Assembly: GCA_964539105.1 (NCBI GenBank)
Contig: CAZIFI010000007.1
Span: 2,883-66,882 of the forward strand
Length of the DNA: 64,000 nt
Direction: 5' to 3'
Source: an uncultured Anaerolineales bacterium
GTDB lineage: Bacteria; Chloroflexota; Anaerolineae; Anaerolineales; UBA11858
In this document: positions 56,574 to 64,000 of the stretch, piece after piece
Position numbering within the stretch: position 1 is the stretch's first letter
Layout: each line of letters begins with the position of its first letter
Translations under genes and position numbers: made by a program
The notes under the pieces: generated by a model
Database searches by the model: none
Seen by the model: only the letters and a program-made list of their open reading frames with translations
What the model was told of the DNA's origin: nothing

Positions 56574-58465
56574 ACAAAAGCTGGGGCTTTGTGTTGGCTG
56601 CAGGTGTTCTATTCCTGTTCACCGGATGTGGTGTGGAACAGGAGCCTCCCCTGGAAATCCCTTCCCGTCCTTCTCCTACAGCGACCACCCGGGCACCGGT
56701 AGTCACCCCCCGGCCCGCCCGGGTATTGTCAGTCTGTGTGGGCCAGGAACCCCAGTCCCTGTTTTTATATGACAGCGGTTCCCGTGCTGCTAAAGCTGTC
56801 CGGCAGGCGCTCTTTGATGGACCCTTTGATGAGGTTGATTTTCAATATATCCCGGTCATTTTGGACCGGGTCCCCACCCTGGATAACGGCGATGTCGTTT
56901 TGGATCAGGTCCAGGTGCAGCCCGGGGAGCGGATCGTGGACGGCTCAGGGAACCGCACCTATCTGGCGGAGGGAGAAGTATACCGGCCGGCCGGATGTTA
57001 TTCGACGGAGTGTGAAGAAGTCTACCCCGGGCAGGAACCAATCCTGATGGATCAGGTAACCATCCAATTTCAGATCACGTCCGGTGTGCAGTGGTCCGAC
57101 GGAGCAGGCCTCCAGGGGGATGACAGTGTGTTTTCGTTTCGCGTCGCTCAGGACCTGTACGGGGAGTTCGGACCCGCCAAGCTCCGGTACGCGCAGGATT
57201 ATGTACAGACCGGTCGGAATCGTGTGGAATGGCGCGGCGTTCCTGGCTACCAGGGGATTACATCGTATGCGGATTATTTCTTTACCCCGCTGCCCCGCCA
57301 CCGCTGGCAGGATCTGGACCCCTCCCACATCAGGCGCGACCAGCGCGCCAGAAAGGAACCTCTGGGGTGGGGTCCATATGTCATCCAGGAATGGTTGTCG
57401 GGGGATCACCTCACATTGACTGCCAATGAACGTTATTTTCGACGCACAGCCAGTTTTCCTTATTATGACCACATTGTATTTCGTTTTTTTGAAGATGTAT
57501 CCGGTGTGCTGGATGCATTCCGGGCCCGGGAATGTGAAATCGCAGTGGGGGTGCCCGGGTTGGTGCAGGAGATCCCTGTCCTGCAGGAAGGTGAGTTGCT
57601 GGAGTCCTGGAATGTGGTTCATTTATACGGGGGAGCGTGGAATCAGATCCTGTTTGGGATTCAATCATTGGAGGAAGAAACCAGTCTGTTGCGGGATAAA
57701 ATTGTCAGGCAGGCCTTCGCCACTTGCATCAACCGCCGGGATATAATTGCCCGGCTTCCGGAAGCGCCCGGCATTGCTGACAGTTTTTATCCACCCCGGC
57801 ACCCAGCTTTTGAGTCAAATCTCCCCAGGTACCGGTATGACCCGGACGCCGCGGCGCGATTGCTGGAAGAGGCAGGCTGGCAGGATGAGGATGGCGATGC
57901 TGCCACGGCGCGCACAGCGCGGGGTGTAGAGGGAGTGGCGGATGGGACACCCTTACAGGTCAACCTGCTGGCTTCTCGCTCCGAAAGAGCCGGGACGATT
58001 GCCAGGTTGATCCAGGATGATCTGGCACGCTGCGGCGTTGATGTGAAGATCACATTGCTGCCTGCGGAAGAGCTGCTGGCAGCTGGCCCGGAAGGACCCA
58101 TTTTTGGCCGTGACTTCGAAATGGCCCACTTTGCCTGGACCCCCGCAAACTACCGTCTGTGCTCCTTATTTTTGAGCACTGAGATCCCGGGTCCCTACCC
58201 GGATTTTCAGAAAGGTTGGGGTGGTGGCAATGCATCCGGATATGTAAACGAGGAATTTGACGCGGCCTGCCGGATTGCCAATACCCTGCTGCCTGAAATG
58301 GAAGGCCGCCAGGAAGCTGTGCGGCGAGCCCAGGTCATTTTTGCGGAGGAAGTACCCGCGCTGCCGCTGTATTTCAGCCGGGATGTGATGCTTGTCGACA
58401 ATGCCTTGAGAGGCATGGAAGACGGTTTCTTTTCTCCCTTGTGGAATGTGGAGTCCCTGCCTTGA
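56564..58465 (+). CDS. ABC transporter substrate-binding lipoprotein, family 5 (peptide/nickel type)
   Basis: Lipobox LFTGC. Length and pattern (WSDG...DD..F; GPY....W) are typical of SBP_bac_5. Overlaps rsgA by 10 nt. Confidence 0.75.
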   Translation: MAVNKSWGFVLAAGVLFLFTGCGVEQEPPLEIPSRPSPTATTRAPVVTPRPARVLSVCVGQEPQSLFLYDSGSRAAKAVRQALFDGPFDEVDFQYIPVILDRVPTLDNGDVVLDQVQVQPGERIVDGSGNRTYLAEGEVYRPAGCYSTECEEVYPGQEPILMDQVTIQFQITSGVQWSDGAGLQGDDSVFSFRVAQDLYGEFGPAKLRYAQDYVQTGRNRVEWRGVPGYQGITSYADYFFTPLPRHRWQDLDPSHIRRDQRARKEPLGWGPYVIQEWLSGDHLTLTANERYFRRTASFPYYDHIVFRFFEDVSGVLDAFRARECEIAVGVPGLVQEIPVLQEGELLESWNVVHLYGGAWNQILFGIQSLEEETSLLRDKIVRQAFATCINRRDIIARLPEAPGIADSFYPPRHPAFESNLPRYRYDPDAAARLLEEAGWQDEDGDAATARTARGVEGVADGTPLQVNLLASRSERAGTIARLIQDDLARCGVDVKITLLPAEELLAAGPEGPIFGRDFEMAHFAWTPANYRLCSLFLSTEIPGPYPDFQKGWGGGNASGYVNEEFDAACRIANTLLPEMEGRQEAVRRAQVIFAEEVPALPLYFSRDVMLVDNALRGMEDGFFSPLWNVESLP

Positions 58466-58992
58466 TGATGCCTGGCGTGGGAAGGTTCGTTTCCGGGCCG
58501 GTTTCTGGTTTTGCGTAACGCTGAAGGCGTGTGACCTGCTTTTTTTGTCCGGTTGTGCTTTCATCATCTGGGATGACTTCACCCCCCATGGGTGTACTCG
58601 ACCAGATAAATGATATCCTTTATTTGGTTGTTGCCCCATTATCACGGATTTTTAATGATTAATTGGGCTATAATCGACAATAGATCTTGAAAGCGAATGC
58701 ATTTTTATGGTAAACTAATCAACACTAAAGCGTTTCTACTTTGCGGATGCCAACCGTAGATTGCATGATCTCATTTGTGATTATCAATAGAAACAATAAC
58801 AGCTTGCGACATGACCCATCCGTTTCGACATAACTCTTGCTATGAAAGTGCAGATTTAGGAGTAACTAAATCATTCAACCTAACCACAAGGAGGTGAGGC
58901 TCACTCGTTGATTGAGGAATAAGGACATATGCGCTAACCTCGTATATGTTCCCCCCTAGCAGAAACTTACGTTCTTAGGAGGAGTAAGAAAT

Positions 58993-61086
58993 ATGTATAA
59001 AAGGTTATTAACAATATTTGGCCTGTTGCTCGTGGCCAGCCTTGCATTGGCTGCCTGCCAGCCCGCGGCCCCGGAGACGGTGGTGGAAACTGTCGTCGTT
59101 GAGAAAGAGGGTGAGACGGTTGTGGAAACGGTCGTTGTTACCCCTGAAGTGGAAGAAGGGGAAGAAGGCGTCGCTGGCGAATGCTGCGACAACTACAGCA
59201 TCGGCATCTTTGAGGAGCCGGTTTCCCTGAATTACTGGAACTATTTGGGCCCCGGCAGCTCAGTGTGGACGCAGTACGTGCTGGCCGGAAATCAGCCTTC
59301 CCTTTTTGGTTTGGCTGATAAGACCTTCCAGTTTGTTCCCTCGTTGGCAACGGACATCCCTGAGCCGGTCGAGAACGATGACGGCACCTGGACCATCACG
59401 GTTGAAATGATGGAAGGCCCGACCTGGAGCGATGGCGAGCCGATCACAGCCCAGGACTACGTCTTCACATTTGAAGCCTGTAAAGACCTTAAGCTGACCC
59501 AGAACTGGCCCAATCAGTGCCAGCCCGCTGGCCTAGAGGCTGATGTCGAAGCGCTGGATGACTACACCCTAGAGTTCACCTTCCTCAACCAGGACCCCTC
59601 CTTGGGCAACTGGCAGGCCGGTCTTGCTTTGGCTCCCATCATGCCCGAGCACTACTGGGCTGATGCGGTTGGCGAGGCCTTCAGCTTTGTAGAGGAAGCG
59701 GAAGAGCCGGAGATGGAACGACCGGATGACTGCAACGTGGAAGGCGAAGAACCGGCAGATCAGGAAGCCTGTGATGCATGGGCCGCGTACGATGAAGCGT
59801 TCGCCAATGCTCGCCGGACCCTGTATGAAGCAGATGCAAGCACAGCACCTTCCGGTGGTGCGCTCACCACGGATCAGTGGGAAGCGGGCGCATTCGTACA
59901 GCGCTCCGCTCGCGATGACTACTTCTTCGAGGGCACGGAGATCGTCGAGTACACGGACGACACCTGGGTGCAGATTCTGCCCGACGGCACTGAGCGCCAG
60001 TACTACGGTGATGCCGAAGGTGACGAGAAGCTGCGCTACACGGGCGGCCCTTACAGTGACAGTGTGATCCACTCCATCTATGGTTCCCAGGATGCGGCTT
60101 TCCTGGCGCTGTCCAACGGCGAAGTTGACTATGTGCTCAACCCGCTGGGCCTGTCCCGCGGCTTGAAAGAAAGAGCAACGCAGGGTGAAATTGTCACATC
60201 CTACACCAATGCGGACTACGGCATGTTCTACATTGCCTTCAACTTCAACAAGGCACCCATGAATGACCCGGCATTCCGCCATGCCTTTGACATCATCATC
60301 GACAAGGAGTTCGTGGTCAATCAGGTGCTGGCCGGTGTGGTCTTCCCTATGTACTCCACCATGCCGCCCGGGAACGAGTTCTTCTACAATCCTGACGTAC
60401 CAACCCCCTATAAGGACCTCAGCCGCGAAGAACGCGTCAACCAGGCTGTCCAGGTCTTGAAGGATGCCGGTTGGTCCTGGGAGACCGAACCGGCCTGGAA
60501 CGCTGACACAAACGATGTCGATCCCGGCACGGGCATCACCATGCCTAATGGCGAACCGATGCCTGAATTGGTTATCCTCGGTCCTGGACCCGCTTACGAC
60601 CCCATTCGCGCCACCTTCAACCAGTGGATCTCCGAGTGGGCCCGCGAGCTGGGTATGCCGGTTGAGTCCGAACTGACCGGCTTCAACACCATCCTCGGAC
60701 CTGTATTTGTCGATGCCAATTATGACATGTACATCCTGGGCTGGAGCCTGGGCAACCCGGCCTTCCCCGACTACTACGAGTCCTTCTGGCACAGCCGCAA
60801 CTGCACGGCTGAAACGGGCAACTACAATACCCCGTGCTACAAGGACGAAGAGTACGATGCCCTGGTGGATGAATTCATGAGCACAGCGGACATTGAGCAC
60901 GCTCAGGAATTGGTCTACGAAATGCAGGTCAAGCTGGCCGAAGATCGACCTTACATCCCGTTGTTCTACAAGCAGACAACGGACCTCGCAGCTCGGCGCG
61001 TGGATTATCCCTACACCGAGACGCTGGGTGGGCTAGAGTTCCAGGCTGGTATGCAGTCTGATGCTAAGGTTCTGATATCAAAGTAA
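58993..61086 (+). CDS. ABC transporter substrate-binding lipoprotein, family 5, with an E/T/V-rich tether
   Basis: Lipobox LALAAC and TWSDGEPITAQDYVFTF (SBP_bac_5 signature region). AGGAGGAG lies upstream of the ATG. Confidence 0.85.
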   Translation: MYKRLLTIFGLLLVASLALAACQPAAPETVVETVVVEKEGETVVETVVVTPEVEEGEEGVAGECCDNYSIGIFEEPVSLNYWNYLGPGSSVWTQYVLAGNQPSLFGLADKTFQFVPSLATDIPEPVENDDGTWTITVEMMEGPTWSDGEPITAQDYVFTFEACKDLKLTQNWPNQCQPAGLEADVEALDDYTLEFTFLNQDPSLGNWQAGLALAPIMPEHYWADAVGEAFSFVEEAEEPEMERPDDCNVEGEEPADQEACDAWAAYDEAFANARRTLYEADASTAPSGGALTTDQWEAGAFVQRSARDDYFFEGTEIVEYTDDTWVQILPDGTERQYYGDAEGDEKLRYTGGPYSDSVIHSIYGSQDAAFLALSNGEVDYVLNPLGLSRGLKERATQGEIVTSYTNADYGMFYIAFNFNKAPMNDPAFRHAFDIIIDKEFVVNQVLAGVVFPMYSTMPPGNEFFYNPDVPTPYKDLSREERVNQAVQVLKDAGWSWETEPAWNADTNDVDPGTGITMPNGEPMPELVILGPGPAYDPIRATFNQWISEWARELGMPVESELTGFNTILGPVFVDANYDMYILGWSLGNPAFPDYYESFWHSRNCTAETGNYNTPCYKDEEYDALVDEFMSTADIEHAQELVYEMQVKLAEDRPYIPLFYKQTTDLAARRVDYPYTETLGGLEFQAGMQSDAKVLISK
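59074..59139 (+). repeat. Imperfect 27-nt direct repeat (39-nt period) encoding ETVVETVVV twice
   Basis: gagacggtggtggaaactgtcgtcgtt (59074-59100) versus gagacggttgtggaaacggtcgttgtt (59113-59139). Confidence 0.8.
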
Positions 61087-61124
61087 ACCAGATATCGGGT
61101 TGACCGGTAACTGAGTTTATGGCG

Positions 61125-61155
61125 AGAGAGCGGGTAGATTGATTACCCGCTCTCT
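61125..61155 (+). other. Stable intra-operon hairpin between the SBP and permease genes
   Basis: AGAGAGCGGGTA-gattgat-TACCCGCTCTCT, a perfect 12-bp stem with no clean U-tract after it. Confidence 0.6.
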
Positions 61156-61277
61156 TAACTTCACCAGTATAGTAAAGGGTCCCAGGATGTTTTGCGGAGT
61201 CCTTTTTTCGCTTGTGTGGTACACTTGCAAAGAAAACGGGAGTCCAGAGGACATCTTAATTGCAAGGAGCACCTGTT

Positions 61278-62441
61278 ATGTGGAAGTATTTAGGCAAGAG
61301 ATTGATACAGATAATTATTACACTGCTTCTGTTTCAGATTGTGACGTATGTCTTAATGGACGCGCAGCCCGGGGACATCGCTGATCTGCTGACCATGAAT
61401 CCTGACATCCCTCCCAGCGAAAGAGAACGACTGCGAAGGGATCTCGGGTTGGATAAGCCACCCCTGGAACGAGCTGTGACCTATATCAGCAACTTTTACA
61501 AAGGGGATCTGGGGATATCCTTTTCCCAATATCCACGTCCGGTGACGGAAATTATTTTTGAACGCCTGCCCCGCACCCTGGTTTTGTTCTTGACGGCATC
61601 CATTGTCTCATTCTGGACGGGATTTTCTACCGGCAAAGTTCTGGCATGGAAGCGAGGGGGATTTATCGAATATTCGTCGACGCTGATTGGAGTGGTCCTG
61701 TACACGGTGTTTACGCCGTGGTTTGCCTTGATGATGATCTGGATTTTTTCTGTCCAGCTGGGGTGGTTGCCAGGAGGAAAATTCCTGGATCCTATCAAGT
61801 GGCTTAATTCACCGGAGACGGTGACTGCCAATGTGATCTTTGGACGCATGATCCTGACAGCCACCATCGCTGCTGTTGTGATGGTAATTGGCTTATGGCT
61901 TTCCTCCCGACTTCCCCGCAAGGTGAGGCCTCTTGGACGTTGGACCAGTGTCATCGTTCCCTATGCGGCGGCCGTGCTGTACTGGGTGGTTGGAACGGGT
62001 GGTCTGGGGGTGTATGCCTGGGATATCCTATCCCATCTGGTATTGCCCGTCTTGACGGTGACCCTGATTGCCTACGGCGGTAATATGCTGCTGACCAGGA
62101 CCAGCATGTTAGAAACCATGCGGGAGGACTATATCTTGACGGCCAAGGCCAAGGGCCTTCCTGAAAAAGTTGTCCGTGATAAACACGCAGCCCGCAATGC
62201 CCTCCTCCCGGTGTGGACAGGGTTGGTGTTCAGCATCGGGGCATCCGTCAGCGGTGGTATCATCACGGAAACGATATTTTCCTGGCCCGGGATCGGTTTG
62301 ACGCTGCTTAATTCGGTTCAGGTCGAAGATATTCCTCTGGCCATGGGTGCGCTGCAGGTCACCGGTGTGTTGACCCTGGTCAGCCACCTGGTCGCTGATA
62401 TTGGTTACGCCTTTCTGGATCCCCGGATCCGATATGACTAG
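61278..62441 (+). CDS. ABC transporter permease (DppB/OppB type)
   Basis: Conserved N-terminus YLGKRLIQIIITLL and the EAA-loop region (REDYILTAKAKGL....V..KHA.RNAL). ATG follows AAGGAG. Confidence 0.88.
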   Translation: MWKYLGKRLIQIIITLLLFQIVTYVLMDAQPGDIADLLTMNPDIPPSERERLRRDLGLDKPPLERAVTYISNFYKGDLGISFSQYPRPVTEIIFERLPRTLVLFLTASIVSFWTGFSTGKVLAWKRGGFIEYSSTLIGVVLYTVFTPWFALMMIWIFSVQLGWLPGGKFLDPIKWLNSPETVTANVIFGRMILTATIAAVVMVIGLWLSSRLPRKVRPLGRWTSVIVPYAAAVLYWVVGTGGLGVYAWDILSHLVLPVLTVTLIAYGGNMLLTRTSMLETMREDYILTAKAKGLPEKVVRDKHAARNALLPVWTGLVFSIGASVSGGIITETIFSWPGIGLTLLNSVQVEDIPLAMGALQVTGVLTLVSHLVADIGYAFLDPRIRYD

Positions 62442-62470
62442 CGGGTTGATGAATCTGAAGGAGTTGTAAG

Positions 62471-63421
62471 ATGAGTGCTGTAAGCCCAACACAAGATCGT
62501 GCCATAGAACCCCTATGGCGTGTGAGGTTAAAGTTATTCTTGAAAGGCCTGAAAGAAAACTGGTCCCTTTACGCTCAAAATCCGATTGGTTTAATAGGAT
62601 TAGGGATTATTCTTTTCTTTGGATTGATTGCCCTGGCCCATCCCATCCTGATCAATACAGTATGGCAGCCGTCCGTGTATGACCCGGTGAATGGCTTTGA
62701 TATCAATATCGCCTTTCATCCTGCTCCCCCCTCAGCGAGACACCTACTGGGGACGGACCCCACAGGTCGGGATGTGCTCAGCCAATTGATGTATAGTGCT
62801 CGGTTTGAATTTGCTCTTGGTCTCATTTCAGCGATTGTTACGGTATTGATAGCCACGACCATTGGAGCGGTGGCAGCGTATTATGAAGGGATCATCGATA
62901 TGCTGCTCATGCGGCTGGTGGATCTGGTAATCATGGTGCCCTATTTGGCTATCCTTATCGTCATCAGCGCATTGATGGAAGTGGGGATGATACAATTGGC
63001 TTTGTTTATCGGCATTTTATCCGGCTTTGGCGGGACGTCCATTGTCATTAAATCCCAGGCATTAACGGTGAAGGTGAAACCCTTTATTGAAGCTGCCCGT
63101 ATCTCAGGCGGTGGAGATTTCCACATTATCTTCAACCATATGGTGCCCAATCTCTTGCCCATATCCCTGCTTTATATGATGTTTGTTGTCACTGGGGCTA
63201 TCTTTTCTGAGGCCGTTCTCTCCTTTTTTGGGTTGACGGAAATTCAGATGAGCTGGGGATTGATGATCAACACCACCCAGGTCTTTGGTTACCTGCTCAG
63301 GTTTGATACCTGGTGGCTGTTGTTTCCAGCCAGTCTATCCATCACATTATTGGCCTCTGCCTTTTATCTGGTGGGTCGGGCGCTGGATGAAATTGTCAAT
63401 CCGCGCTTGCGGGCCCGGTAG
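62471..63421 (+). CDS. ABC transporter permease (DppC/OppC type)
   Basis: HLLGTDPTGRDVLSQL motif and the EAA-loop region (FIEAARISGG). Confidence 0.88.
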   Translation: MSAVSPTQDRAIEPLWRVRLKLFLKGLKENWSLYAQNPIGLIGLGIILFFGLIALAHPILINTVWQPSVYDPVNGFDINIAFHPAPPSARHLLGTDPTGRDVLSQLMYSARFEFALGLISAIVTVLIATTIGAVAAYYEGIIDMLLMRLVDLVIMVPYLAILIVISALMEVGMIQLALFIGILSGFGGTSIVIKSQALTVKVKPFIEAARISGGGDFHIIFNHMVPNLLPISLLYMMFVVTGAIFSEAVLSFFGLTEIQMSWGLMINTTQVFGYLLRFDTWWLLFPASLSITLLASAFYLVGRALDEIVNPRLRAR

Positions 63422-63447
63422 AGCAGAAAATGAATAGGAGAAAAATT

Positions 63448-64000
63448 GTGTCGAATAACGAAAACGTGCTGGAAGTCAATGACCTTGTGATGCACTACAC
63501 TACCCAGAAAGGGCCGGTGTATGCAGTGGATAACGTTACCTTTCATGTGGGCAAGGGTGAATCAATTGGCCTGGTGGGAGAATCCGGATGCGGAAAGACC
63601 TCCATCGCCATCTCTTTGTTGAAGCTGCTGTCAAATAATGGAAAGATCTTGGGCGGAGAAATCAAAATTAATGGTGAAGACGTCGTCCCACTCAACAACA
63701 AAGAGATGAACAGGGTTCGCTGGCGGGATATTTCCATGGTATTCCAGGCAGCGATGAACTCCCTCAACCCGGTCTACACGGTTGAGGAACAGATCCTGGA
63801 AGCCATGCGCGAGCATATGCCCCACATGAGCGACCAGGAAATGTCGCAGAAGATTGACCAACTTTTTGATCTGGTGGGCATGGACCCGGAATTAAAGTCG
63901 CAGTATCCACACCAGTACAGCGGTGGCATGCGGCAGCGGGCTGTGATCGTGATGGCGCTGTCATGTGATCCGGATATTATCATCGCTGATGAGCCAACCA
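63448..64000 (+). CDS. ABC transporter ATP-binding protein (DppD/OppD type), 5' part; continues beyond the window
   Basis: GTG at 63448 after AGGAG (an in-frame ATG also exists at 63430). LEVNDL, Walker A GESGCGKT, Q-loop MVFQ, signature SGGMRQR and the start of Walker B IIIADEPT. Absent from the ORF track because no stop codon falls in the window. Confidence 0.85.
   Translation, partial: MSNNENVLEVNDLVMHYTTQKGPVYAVDNVTFHVGKGESIGLVGESGCGKTSIAISLLKLLSNNGKILGGEIKINGEDVVPLNNKEMNRVRWRDISMVFQAAMNSLNPVYTVEEQILEAMREHMPHMSDQEMSQKIDQLFDLVGMDPELKSQYPHQYSGGMRQRAVIVMALSCDPDIIIADEPT

Noticed and set aside
58640-58800. Fur- or Zur-like boxes in the AT-rich gap (TTAATGATTAATT, GTGATTATCAATAG)
   Set aside because: They match the 19-bp Fur consensus at only about 8 of 19 positions. 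AT-rich sequence generates such matches by chance.
59569-60900. 443-aa antisense ORF inside the second SBP gene. Similar long antisense ORFs occur at 56945..57622, 17884..18582, 25653..26441, 20104..20601, 23430..23981 and 12824..13321.
   Set aside because: Each lies opposite a gene with strong motif support. Their translations are Arg/Gly/His/Val-rich with no recognisable motifs. Such shadow ORFs are expected opposite GC3-biased genes.
61489-61497. Third partial copy of the ECF promoter motif (GCAACTTTT)
   Set aside because: It lies on the plus strand inside the permease coding sequence. It is only a 9-nt partial match and has no -10-like box at the right distance. It is probably a chance occurrence.

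Overview
Gene-dense chromosomal segment with about 65 protein-coding genes and 2 tRNAs (Pro-TGG, Arg-CCT). By eye I found no rRNA, CRISPR array, transposase, integrase or prophage genes. Gene content and protein style suggest a non-proteobacterial, possibly Chloroflexota-like organism, but this is a guess and was not verified. Main blocks: (1) 0.3-6.4 kb housekeeping genes (S9 peptidase, RNase HII, GT2, tRNA-Pro, methyltransferase, Hsp20). (2) 7.4-13.4 kb respiratory genes in divergent orientation: a Rieske/cytochrome b6/subunit IV-dihaem c complex and sdhCDAB. (3) 14.5-24.3 kb, one long minus-strand histidine operon, hisG-D-C-B-H-A-F-purH-hisI-hisE-HAD. Upstream of it I read a consensus promoter, a 26-codon mini-ORF with six consecutive His codons, and a terminator with alternative pairings, which together look like a ribosome-mediated attenuator. 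(4) 24.3-29.5 kb, an ECF sigma/anti-sigma/membrane-protein operon. Its putative autoregulatory promoter motif recurs in front of a downstream operon of two paralogous polytopic membrane proteins flanking a secreted glycoside-hydrolase-like lipoprotein. (5) 29.5-40.8 kb miscellaneous genes, including an ICMT-like methyltransferase interrupted by an in-frame TAG inside its conserved C-terminal motif. (6) 40.9-44.5 kb, a dedicated ECF-type transporter (fused A-A, large S, T). (7) 44.5-47.4 kb mobA, an AmmeMemoRadiSam-type radical SAM enzyme and a CelD-like GNAT. (8) 47.4-56.6 kb envelope/signalling cluster: a large protein with a degenerate PP2C-like domain, a TM helix and a propeller; PP2C; a vWA-like/FHA protein; Maf; PBP2; RsgA. 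(9) 56.6-64 kb, two family-5 solute-binding proteins with two permeases and the start of an ATPase. The top candidates for follow-up are the His leader-peptide attenuator, the translationally coupled HAD protein as the missing histidinol-phosphate phosphatase, and the ECF-sigma-linked membrane/GH operon. All functional calls come from motif recognition in the supplied translations. No database search was run.
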